Source of the DNA: Schaalia meyeri
GTDB taxonomy: Bacteria; Actinomycetota; Actinomycetes; Actinomycetales; Actinomycetaceae
Length of the DNA stretch: 32,000 nucleotides
Reading direction: 5' to 3'
Assembly: GCF_900105015.1 (NCBI RefSeq)
Contig: NZ_FNLK01000003.1
Span: 1 to 32,000, forward strand
The translations under genes were made by a program, and so were the position numbers. The notes below the pieces were generated by a model. The model was not told the origin of the DNA. It did not search any database and worked only from the letters and a program-made list of their open reading frames with translations. Positions 9,013-16,676 of this stretch are shown here, one piece after another (the stretch's first letter is position 1; every line of letters begins with the position of its first letter).

Positions 9013-10406
9013 CGGGTCGTTCCCTTCTCCCGCAGGATGTCAGCCACCTGCCATGAATGTGAACCGTAGGAACCCTTGACCAGGATGACCGCGCCATCCC
9101 CGGCAAACTGCAGCGCCAGCCGAGCGGCGTGCTGCGGATCCGAAGCAACCTCGCGGCAGGTCACCCTGTGGGCCCCCTCTAGATAGTAGTGGGCGTCCGC
9201 TCCCAGGCCAATGAGTGTGTCCACCCCCGCATCCGCTATCATCGCACCGACCTGCTCGTGCAGCGATCGCGATTCCTCCCCCAGCTCCAGCATCTCGCCG
9301 AGGACGGCAATCCTGCGCCCACCGCATCCAATTGAGGCCAACGCCGCGATTCCTGCGCGCATCGAATCCAGGTTCGCGTTGTAGGAGTCGTCAATGAGGG
9401 TCAGCTCCGCTCCCTCCACAACCAGCTCACAAACGTCCATACGGTGAGGGCTGAGAGCGCGTGCACGCGACAGCGCAGCCGCCACGGTCTCACAATCCAT
9501 GCCAAGCGCCAGTGCCCCGGCTGCGGCAGCGAGAGCGTTGTTCACGTGATGGCGTCCGACAACGGTCAGATCAACCCGGGCACGTTCCTCGGGCGTCGCC
9601 AACGTGAACGAGGCCCGATCCGCGCGGTCCAGGCTCACATCCTGTGCGCGAACGTCGCCGCGCAGGTCTCCAGACGCCGAGAAGCGAATAACCCTGCCCG
9701 TCGCCAACGGCGCCATCGCCTCGACGTTGGGGTCATCGGTGTTGAGAATGACGGGGCCACCCGGGCGCGTTCCTCTGATGAGTTCGGCCTTCGCCGCAGC
9801 CACACCCGCAAAACCACCGAAGCCCCCCACGTGCGCGTGTCCCACGCACAGCTCGATGGCCGCATCCGGGGACACAATATCCGTCAGGTAGGCGATGTGC
9901 CCCGGTCCCGAGGCTCCCATTTCCAGCACCAGGTACCGCGTCGACTCATCAGCCCTGAGCACTGTCAGGGGCAACCCAACCTCATTGTTGAAGGACAGTT
10001 CGGGGGCCACCGTTGGCCCGTCCTCGCTCAGAATCTGGAGCAGCAGATCCTTCGTGGTCGTCTTGCCCACGGAGCCCGTGATCGCGATGACGTCCAGTTC
10101 ACCGCGTGATCGCAGCCTTTCAATGTGCGCGTGCGCCAGGGCGCCCAGCGCTTCCGTGGAATCATCGACGATGATCTGGGCCACGTCCTCGTCGACCTCG
10201 TGCTCGACGAAGACGGCCACCGCACCGCGCTCTATCGCTCCGGGCACGAACGCATGCCCGTCGGCGTTCTCCCCTCGCCGCGCAACGTACAGGGAACCCG
10301 CCGATGCCTGGCGAGAGTCTGTCACCACGGGACCGGTAACGCGCTCATCGCGTCCCACGAGGCGACCCGACACTGCCTCAGCAATCCACCGAGCCGATGC
10401 CTGCAT
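9009..10406 (-). CDS. murF: UDP-MurNAc-tripeptide--D-Ala-D-Ala ligase MurF
   Basis: DSRQASAGSLYVARRGENADGHAF, ITGSVGKTTTKD and the MurF-type VLGEMLELGEES motif. I chose the start at ATG 10406 because AAGGAG lies 6 nt upstream. The track start at 10427 is a GTG overlapping the ftsI stop. Confidence 0.9.
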   Translation of the reverse strand: MQASARWIAEAVSGRLVGRDERVTGPVVTDSRQASAGSLYVARRGENADGHAFVPGAIERGAVAVFVEHEVDEDVAQIIVDDSTEALGALAHAHIERLRSRGELDVIAITGSVGKTTTKDLLLQILSEDGPTVAPELSFNNEVGLPLTVLRADESTRYLVLEMGASGPGHIAYLTDIVSPDAAIELCVGHAHVGGFGGFAGVAAAKAELIRGTRPGGPVILNTDDPNVEAMAPLATGRVIRFSASGDLRGDVRAQDVSLDRADRASFTLATPEERARVDLTVVGRHHVNNALAAAAGALALGMDCETVAAALSRARALSPHRMDVCELVVEGAELTLIDDSYNANLDSMRAGIAALASIGCGGRRIAVLGEMLELGEESRSLHEQVGAMIADAGVDTLIGLGADAHYYLEGAHRVTCREVASDPQHAARLALQFAGDGAVILVKGSYGSHSWQVADILREKGTTR

Positions 10407-10423
10407 GTTTTTCTCCTTCGAAC

Positions 10424-12157
10424 TCACGGCGTCGTCGGATACAGGTTAGCGGACCCCGTCGAGGCGGGGATACCCAGGTTGCTAACCGCCGTACGCGCAA
10501 CGTCACCAAACAGCGGAGCAGACGAATCGGATGAGATCGATGCCACCTTCGGGTTGTAGAGAACGACCGAGATCGCCAGGCGCGGCGCATCCGCGGGGAT
10601 AATGCCCGCCGTCGTCGACACCAGTCCCGAGGCTCCGTCGATGACGGTTTCGGCGGTACCCGTCTTGACCCCAACGCGGTATCCCGGAACCTTTGCGGCA
10701 CCGGCGGTGCCTCGCTGGTCCTCCACCACGGACTCCATCATGGTCAGCAGCTGGGAGGCGGCCGTCGGATCCATCACCTGAACCGGCTGGCTTTTCTCGG
10801 GTACTTCAACGGTGCCGTCCGCGTTCGTCCACGACTTGACAATGTGAGGCGCGATACGCACACCCCCGTTGGCGATCGTTGCGAGCGCGGACGCCTCCTG
10901 CATCGCGGTGATCGCATACGCCTGACCGAACATCGTCACGTAGCGGTCGCGTCCCTGCCATTGGTCCGAGCTGCGCAGCAGTCCCGCGGACTCACCCGGC
11001 AACTCGACGCCGGTTTCCTGGCCGAAACCAAACGCGCGCATCATGGAATAGCGCTGCTCATCGCTCAGCCCCTGTCCGATCATGACCGTGCCCGTATTCG
11101 ACGACTCCGCCAAGATACCCGTTGCGGTCAGCGTTTCGCCCTCGTGTTCGTGAAAGTCCGTGATCGGCCCGCCGGCGTCCACCAGATCGAGCGAGTAAGG
11201 GACCTGGAAGACGCTCGTCGGCGTGACGGTGCCCTGATTCAGAGCAGCGCCCACCGTGATGAGCTTGCCCACCGAACCCGGCTCGAACGCGTCCTGAACC
11301 GCATGGACCTTTTGCGGTTTCGCATTATCCGGCTCGGTCGAGTTCGAGTCCGCCATCACCAGCACATGCCCGGTGGAAACGTCCTCGATCACGATGGTGC
11401 CCCAGTCCGCCTGATGCTTGGCCACGCGCGCGTCCAGGAGATCCTGCACCTGGTGTTGCAGGTCCGCGTGCAGCGTCAGCTCCATCGACCCGCCGTTCTT
11501 CGGCTCCACGGTGGTTTTCTTGCCACCGGGCATCACCGCACCGTTGGGGGCTATCTCGAATGCCTGCGCCCCCGGGGTGCCCGTCAAAAGAGCGTCGAAC
11601 TCGGCCTCCATACCCGAGGATCCCTGCCCCTCGGCGTTCACCGTTCCGATCACGGGCGCAGCGACGTTCCCGTTGGGGTACTCCCGCTCGAACACCGACT
11701 CCCATTCGATCCCGTAGATGTCGAGCTTGCGGATCTCACGATAGGACACGGCATCAACGTTGCGCTTGATGTACTCGTAGGTCGAGTCCCCCAGCATCAT
11801 GCCGCCCAGCTCGGCCTCGTTCATCCCCAGGATGGGAGCCAGCAATCGGGCGGCCTCCGCGGGACCTCGCCCCACCTCGTAGCCGTCATCGTCGCGATGA
11901 ACGTATGATCGAATGTTCACCTGGTTGACGGCAATATCGTAGGTCTGGATAGAGTTCGCCAGGACGACACCCGTCGCATCGGTGATGGTTCCACGGGCGG
12001 CGGCAAGCTCTGTCGACGACGTTCGCACGCGCTGGCCCTGGGCCGCCAAAGACTGCCCTTCGATGATTTGCAGCTGCACCAGCCGCACGCAGCAGGCACA
12101 CAGTGCAGCCACCAGTATCCACACGATCCAACGCGAACGTACCGTGACGGTATCCAT
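10424..12157 (-). CDS. ftsI: Class B penicillin-binding protein / septal transpeptidase FtsI (PBP2/3-like)
   Basis: N-terminal TM anchor, PBP dimerisation domain, and the transpeptidase motifs SVGK (SxxK), SSN (SxN) and KTGTA (KTG). dcw position after ftsL. Confidence 0.9.
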   Translation of the reverse strand: MDTVTVRSRWIVWILVAALCACCVRLVQLQIIEGQSLAAQGQRVRTSSTELAAARGTITDATGVVLANSIQTYDIAVNQVNIRSYVHRDDDGYEVGRGPAEAARLLAPILGMNEAELGGMMLGDSTYEYIKRNVDAVSYREIRKLDIYGIEWESVFEREYPNGNVAAPVIGTVNAEGQGSSGMEAEFDALLTGTPGAQAFEIAPNGAVMPGGKKTTVEPKNGGSMELTLHADLQHQVQDLLDARVAKHQADWGTIVIEDVSTGHVLVMADSNSTEPDNAKPQKVHAVQDAFEPGSVGKLITVGAALNQGTVTPTSVFQVPYSLDLVDAGGPITDFHEHEGETLTATGILAESSNTGTVMIGQGLSDEQRYSMMRAFGFGQETGVELPGESAGLLRSSDQWQGRDRYVTMFGQAYAITAMQEASALATIANGGVRIAPHIVKSWTNADGTVEVPEKSQPVQVMDPTAASQLLTMMESVVEDQRGTAGAAKVPGYRVGVKTGTAETVIDGASGLVSTTAGIIPADAPRLAISVVLYNPKVASISSDSSAPLFGDVARTAVSNLGIPASTGSANLYPTTP

Positions 12158-12174
12158 AGGTACTCGCTTCCGAG

Positions 12175-12567
12175 TTACTTGGCGGGCGTCCCGCCCTCAA
12201 CTGTACCCGTCTCGAGCGTGATGAACCCGGGGTTACCGGCGGGCACCATTCCGTTCGCCTTCGCAGCCTTCTCGAGCTCCGCGGGGGAAGCCTTACGATC
12301 CAGCTCGGCGCGCATCGTCCATGACTGTGCCTCCAGCTCGTTCAGAGCCAGCTGCTGTTCGCGGATCTCGAAGGAAGTCTGAGCCATGCGCGTGTTAAGC
12401 ACCATCGACGTGACCACGGAGGCCATGGCGACGACGACCATCAGCACGAGAACCGCCGCGATGGAGCGACGCGGGCGCGTCCCCTCGACGATGCGAAGCT
12501 CGCGGACCTCCTCGCGGCGCAGCTCGGGCCGCGCTGCGGGACGTGCCTTTGCGGTTGCTGCACTCAT
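12175..12567 (-). CDS. ftsL: FtsL-like small bitopic division protein
   Basis: 130 aa: a basic N-terminus, one TM (IAAVLVLMVVVAMASVVTSMVL), then a coiled-coil-like segment (EIREQQLALNELEAQSWTMRAELD). Canonical slot between rsmH and ftsI. The ATG at 12567 forms an ATGA overlap with the rsmH stop. Assigned by position and architecture only. Confidence 0.6.
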   Translation of the reverse strand: MSAATAKARPAARPELRREEVRELRIVEGTRPRRSIAAVLVLMVVVAMASVVTSMVLNTRMAQTSFEIREQQLALNELEAQSWTMRAELDRKASPAELEKAAKANGMVPAGNPGFITLETGTVEGGTPAK

Positions 12568-13607
12568 GAGTTGTCCTTCCATTCGCTGATAAGCTCCGCG
12601 CCGCGCAGTCGCACGGAAGCGGATCGGGGGTTGTGTTCTTGTTCGGCCTGGTCGGCCCGGTCCGCGCCCTTTGTCAGCAGGCGTAGGCTGGGCGCCATCT
12701 CATCGGGGATGATCGGCAATCCAGAAGGTGCGCTGCCGGTCGCCCCGCGGCGCAGCACGTCTTTTACTATTCGGTCCTCAAGGCTTTGGTAGGCTTCGAC
12801 GACCAGGCGCCCGCCAACTCGTAGGCTGGCCAGCGCCCGCGGCAGGGCGCGCTCGAGAATGGTGAGCTCGTCGTTCACGGCTACGCGCAGCGCCTGAAAC
12901 GTGCGCTTAGCCGGATTTCCACCGGTACGACGGGCGGGAGCCGGTATCGCCGCGCGGACAATGTCCACGAGCTCACCGGTGCGCGTGATCGGCGCTTCGT
13001 CCCGACGCCGGATGATGAGGCGCGCGATTCTGGGGGCGAACTTTTCTTCTCCGTAGGTGCGCAGGATCCGGATGATGTCCGCCTCCGAGGCCGTCGCGAG
13101 AAGGTCAGCGGCGCTCGTTCCGGTCGTCGCGTCCATCCGCATGTCGAGCGGGGCGTCCTTCGAGTACGCGAAGCCGCGGTCGGCCTCGTCAAGCTGGAGG
13201 GAAGAGACCCCCAGGTCCATGAGGATCCCGTCGACCCGCATGCCCGCTCCGCACTGTTCCTCGATCGCCAAGTCAATGTGGTCGTAGGTGGTGTGCACGG
13301 CGCGAAATCGCGTTCCGAAACGCGCCAGGCGCTGGGAGGCCAGAGCAATTGCCTGCGGGTCGCGATCTATCCCGATAACGGTCAGTCCGTCGAAACGCTC
13401 AAGGGCGCCCTCCGTGTGCCCTCCCATTCCCAGGGTCGCGTCGACCAGGACGGCGCCCGGCGCCTCGATCGCTGGGGCGAGCATGTCGAGACACTGGGAA
13501 AGGAGGACGGGAATATGCCGCTCCTGCACGGGGCGCGTGGAGCCATCGTGACCAATGTTGCTGCTGTGGCGCGACGAAGCGCGCACCGACTCCGATGCTT
13601 CAAGCAC
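12564..13607 (-). CDS. rsmH: 16S rRNA (cytosine1402-N4)-methyltransferase RsmH (MraW)
   Basis: HIPVLL, DATLGMGGH, GIDRDP, DLGVSSLQLD and SLEDRIVK motifs. GTG start at 13607, preceded by AAGGAGG 6 nt upstream. Confidence 0.95.
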   Translation of the reverse strand: MLEASESVRASSRHSSNIGHDGSTRPVQERHIPVLLSQCLDMLAPAIEAPGAVLVDATLGMGGHTEGALERFDGLTVIGIDRDPQAIALASQRLARFGTRFRAVHTTYDHIDLAIEEQCGAGMRVDGILMDLGVSSLQLDEADRGFAYSKDAPLDMRMDATTGTSAADLLATASEADIIRILRTYGEEKFAPRIARLIIRRRDEAPITRTGELVDIVRAAIPAPARRTGGNPAKRTFQALRVAVNDELTILERALPRALASLRVGGRLVVEAYQSLEDRIVKDVLRRGATGSAPSGLPIIPDEMAPSLRLLTKGADRADQAEQEHNPRSASVRLRGAELISEWKDNS

Positions 13608-13646
13608 GTCGCGCCTCCTTCACGCGTTGAGCGCCCAATCCATCCC

Positions 13647-13711
13647 CCCAGGTCCCCCACCGTGCTCCGCTATCGGGGAAGTGATGTCGGAACAGCGGGC
13701 GGAGACCTGGG
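13647..13711 (-). ncRNA. Candidate structured leader RNA in the mraZ-rsmH gap (possibly the actinobacterial mraW motif)
   Basis: On the sense strand, CCCAGGU (13711-13705) pairs with ACCUGGG (13653-13647), and CUCCGC (13704-13699) pairs with GCGGAG (13670-13665). Together they form a 13-bp interrupted stem with an 11-nt G-rich internal loop (CACGGUGGGGG). It lies in the 112-nt gap directly 5' of rsmH. I could not run a covariance model. Confidence 0.3.
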
Positions 13712-13719
13712 AATACGGG

Positions 13720-14151
13720 TCAGAACATCCCGGGAATAACTTCTTCTGCTGTATTGGAGAAGACCTCCTCTTGGACCGCGAGGTACTCGCGCCAGGACGA
13801 GGCATTCCAGATTTCGGCTCGCGACCCCGCGCCGATGACGGCGAGCTCGCGATCCAGGCCGGCGTATGCACGCAGGTCCGCCGGAACGCTGATGCGCCCC
13901 TGCTTGTCCGGAATCTCCTTGTATGCACCCGAGAGCATCACGCGGATCCAGTCACGCGCCTGCTTCGAAGACAGAGGCGCGCGGCGCAGTTCCGCGGTCA
14001 TGTTCTCGAATTCCGCTGCGGGGAAGGCGTACACGCAATGCTCCTGTCCGCGAGTAAGGACGATGCCGCCCTCCATATCCTCACGAAAGCGCGCGGGCAA
14101 AAACATGCGCCCCTTGTCGTCGAGCTTGGGCCCGTACGTGCCGAGGAACAT
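13720..14151 (-). CDS. mraZ: Transcriptional regulator MraZ (two SpoVT/AbrB-like domains)
   Basis: 143 aa. [24 protein letters not shown] and a second [13 protein letters not shown] repeat, the duplicated DxxxR motif of MraZ. First gene of the dcw cluster. SD GGGAGGG lies about 8 nt before the ATG at 14151. Confidence 0.95.
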   Translation of the reverse strand: MFLGTYGPKLDDKGRMFLPARFREDMEGGIVLTRGQEHCVYAFPAAEFENMTAELRRAPLSSKQARDWIRVMLSGAYKEIPDKQGRISVPADLRAYAGLDRELAVIGAGSRAEIWNASSWREYLAVQEEVFSNTAEEVIPGMF

Positions 14152-14181
14152 GTCACCACCCTCCCTTGTTCGGAACTTCCC

Positions 14182-14202
14182 TCCACTTTAACCCACTCCC
14201 AC
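14182..14202 (-). promoter_or_regulatory. Candidate MraZ operator: direct GTGGG/GTGGG/GTGGA repeats on the mraZ-sense strand
   Basis: The sense strand reads GGGTGGGAGTGGGTTAAAGTGGAGG: GTGGG at 14202-14198 and 14196-14192, and GTGGA at 14186-14182. The last two are 10 bp apart. The cluster lies 31-51 nt upstream of the mraZ ATG. It matches the GTGGG direct-repeat operator type described for E. coli MraZ. Inferred by analogy only. Confidence 0.35.
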
Positions 14203-14438
14203 CCAAACATACGCGGAAAGTTGCGGCGTGGCGCGCAGTTTCATCTTCAGATACCGCGAGATTCCAAGTGAAAATCAGGGTGGAGAAAAGTGGGGAAAGC
14301 TTGCACACACTCGGTGAGTCGCACGCGTCCCCTCCCTCTCCCCCGACGGTAAAGGCAGCTCCTTCAACAGCACTTTTCATTGAAATACCAGGGGTGTTTA
14401 CGAGGCAGCATCACGTACCGGGACCGCACCCCTGTCCG

Positions 14439-14735
14439 GGGGAGCACAGTGGGGAGCACAGTGGGGAGCACAGTGGGGAGCACAGTGGGGAGCACAGTGG
14501 GGAGCACAGTGGGGAGCACAGTGGGGAGCACAGTGGGGAGCACAGTGGGGAGCACAGTGGGGAGCACAGTGGGGAGCACAGTGGGGAGCACAGTGGGGAG
14601 CACAGTGGGGAGCACAGTGGGGAGCACAGTGGGGAGCACAGTGGGGAGCACAGTGGGGAGCACAGTGGGGAGCACAGTGGGGAGCACAGTGGGGAGCACA
14701 GTGGGGAGCACAGTGGGGAGCACAGTGGGGAGCAC
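14439..14735. repeat. Perfect tandem minisatellite: GGGGAGCACAGT x 24 complete copies plus a 9-nt partial copy (297 bp)
   Basis: Counted directly. Units start at 14439 and every 12 nt through 14727, with no mismatch in any full unit. There is no stop codon in any of the six frames, which explains the (GEHS)n, (GSTV)n, (LPTV)n and (CSPL)n ORFs in the track. It is intergenic, between the DUF3040 terminator hairpin and mraZ. Confidence 0.97.
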
Positions 14736-14748
14736 TCTCCCGGATAGA

Positions 14749-14789
14749 GGAAGCGGGGTGTACCGGCCAATCCGGTACACCCCGCTTCC
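14749..14789 (-). terminator. Strong hairpin (18-bp perfect stem, 5-nt loop) 20 nt after the DUF3040 stop; probable intrinsic terminator of the dinB-DUF3040 unit
   Basis: ggaagcggggtgtaccgg (14749-14766), ccaat, ccggtacaccccgcttcc (14772-14789) are perfectly complementary. There is no clear U-tract, as is common in high-GC actinobacteria. Confidence 0.65.
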
Positions 14790-14808
14790 CCGCGACGCTA
14801 CGCGACGA

Positions 14809-15228
14809 CTAATCATCACCCTTTCGGTCGTCCCAACGACGCTCCTGGTCCTGGATGAAGGAGTCCCATCCCCCGCTGCCCTTGCTTTTCTTCCGCGCGG
14901 CAGTCGCATCGCCCGCAATCCGACTCTTTGCGCCAGGCTTGGACAGTGCGTAGAGGATACCAGCGACGGTCAGGGCAAACCCTGCGACCCCCAGGAGGAT
15001 CGACGCGATGGAGTAGCCCAGGGACACGGCCGCAACCAGGACCACCATGCCAAGAACGGCACCCGCAAAGCCGACAGCGATGCGTCGGGGCGCATGCGCT
15101 CCCTGGCCCGACCGCGCCTTGGGGTCGGGAACGGGAGCGGACATCTGCGAGGCCAACGCCGGGTCTTCCTCGCGCAGCGATGCTTCCATCTGCTCAAGGA
15201 TCTTCTTCTCATACTCGGTGAGAGCCAT
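14809..15228 (-). CDS. DUF3040-family small membrane protein
   Basis: [29 protein letters not shown] is the DUF3040 N-terminal signature, followed by two TM helices. I chose the start at ATG 15228, which has AAGGGG upstream. The track start at 15258 is a TTG codon. Confidence 0.8.
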   Translation of the reverse strand: MALTEYEKKILEQMEASLREEDPALASQMSAPVPDPKARSGQGAHAPRRIAVGFAGAVLGMVVLVAAVSLGYSIASILLGVAGFALTVAGILYALSKPGAKSRIAGDATAARKKSKGSGGWDSFIQDQERRWDDRKGDD

Positions 15229-15297
15229 TGGGTGCCCCTTTCGGACGGATGATGTCAACAGCTTAGCGCGTGGGGTACGCCAGAGACGAACCAGCCC

Positions 15298-16629
15298 TCA
15301 CAGCAGTGTCTCCTGCACCACCGCCGGATTCTCCCCCGGGCCGCTCATCCCGAACTCCCCATCCTCTCTCGCCCCGCCAAGCACCTCGGTCGGGCCAGCA
15401 CCTCCTCGCCCGGGCACCGCCTTGCCCAGGAGCGTGGCTGGCTCCAGGGCACCCGCCCCGAACTTGCTGCGGATCCGGTCCATCGCACGCTCCGAGGCAG
15501 AGGGACGCTCATCGCGATCCAGGGTGACGGCGACCCCGCGCCGACGCGACTGAAGCCCCTCGACGCGCACCCCAAAGAGACGCACTCCCCCGATCGGCAT
15601 ATCCTCGCGAGCAAAGAGGGCGCGCGCGGCGTGGGCGATATCACGCCCGGTATCGGTCGGGGCAACGAGGCTCGCGCTGCGGGTGACGGTGCAAAAGTCC
15701 GCACCGCGCATCTTGATAACGACGGTCCACGCAACGCGGTGAGACGCGCGCAGCCGCCGCGCGCAGTCGTGGGCAGCGGCCAAGATGAAATCCTCAATGT
15801 CGGCACGCGAGCGAATGTCCTCCTCAAAGGTGCGTTCCATGCCGATAGATTTTTCCACGCGCGAGTTGGTCACGGCCCGGGGGTCGATCCCCCAGGCCAG
15901 GTCGTGGAGGTGATGGGCGACGGCTCCACCGAGGAGGCGGGTCAGGCGCGTGATCGGAGCGTGGGCGAGCTCTCCGATCGTGTCGATCCCCTCGCGGTTA
16001 AGTACCGCGCCGGTCCTGCCGCCCACCCCCCACAGGGCCCCCACCGGCAGTCCGTGCAAGAACTCGACCGTGGATTCTCGGGGAATCAGGAGCAGGCCAT
16101 CGGGTTTGGCGTGCGAAGAGGCTACTTTTGCAACCGATTTGGTGGCGGCGATGCCGACGGAGGCCGGCAGACCGACGCTCTCGCGAATACGAGAGCGGAT
16201 AAGGCACCCGATCTGCGTGGGTGAGCCGAGCCTGCAGCGAGCCCCGCTAACGTCGAGGAAGGCCTCGTCTATCGACACCTGTTCGAAGACCGGGGTGACG
16301 GTTGCGAGAATCCCCATGACCTCCTGGGAGTAGCGGCGATACAGCGAGTGGTTGCCGGGAATGAAGGCGGCCATCGGGCACAGCGCACGGGCACGGGCGG
16401 TCGGCATTCCAGCGCGCACGCCGACGGCCCGCGCCTCGTACGTAGCGGAGGTAACAACGCCGCGACCGGAGGTTCCCCCCACGACGATGGGGCGGCCTCT
16501 CAGCGTTGGGTCTTCGCGCATCTCTACCTGTGCGAAGAAGGAATCCATGTCAACGTGCAAGATGGGAGCGTGCGAGTCGTCTGATCCCCAGTCGCGTTTG
16601 GCTCGCGTGTCTCTGGGAGCGTTTGACAT
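15298..16629 (-). CDS. dinB: DNA polymerase IV (Y-family translesion polymerase DinB)
   Basis: ILHVDMDSFFAQVE, SIDEAFLDV, and little-finger and HhH-like regions. AGGAGG lies 4 nt before the ATG at 16629. Confidence 0.93.
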   Translation of the reverse strand: MSNAPRDTRAKRDWGSDDSHAPILHVDMDSFFAQVEMREDPTLRGRPIVVGGTSGRGVVTSATYEARAVGVRAGMPTARARALCPMAAFIPGNHSLYRRYSQEVMGILATVTPVFEQVSIDEAFLDVSGARCRLGSPTQIGCLIRSRIRESVGLPASVGIAATKSVAKVASSHAKPDGLLLIPRESTVEFLHGLPVGALWGVGGRTGAVLNREGIDTIGELAHAPITRLTRLLGGAVAHHLHDLAWGIDPRAVTNSRVEKSIGMERTFEEDIRSRADIEDFILAAAHDCARRLRASHRVAWTVVIKMRGADFCTVTRSASLVAPTDTGRDIAHAARALFAREDMPIGGVRLFGVRVEGLQSRRRGVAVTLDRDERPSASERAMDRIRSKFGAGALEPATLLGKAVPGRGGAGPTEVLGGAREDGEFGMSGPGENPAVVQETLL

Positions 16630-16676
16630 CTCACCTCCTGTGTCTGCCCTTTTGATGCGCGGTTACAGTGTCCACC

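Noticed and set aside
14206-14211. TATGTT hexamer (mraZ-sense) just upstream of the GTGGG boxes, considered as the mraZ -10 element.
   Set aside because: Its position is attractive, since a promoter followed by an operator mirrors E. coli. However, there is no convincing -35 and several other TANNNT hexamers exist in the gap. It needs TSS data.
14439-14735. Possible CRISPR array, because of the regular short repeats.
   Set aside because: The units are directly abutting with no spacers, the unit length (12 bp) is far too short, and there are no cas genes in the window.
14166-15252. Four long ORFs running through the minisatellite that encode (GEHS)n, (GSTV)n, (LPTV)n and (CSPL)n repeat proteins (14166-14747 +, 14380-15252 +, 14364-14918 -, 14411-14770 -).
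   Set aside because: The 12-nt unit has no stop codon in any of the six frames, so any frame stays open by construction. The flanking parts of these ORFs overlap the DUF3040 gene or its terminator hairpin out of frame. They have no SD and have junk-like composition. I treat the region as non-coding.
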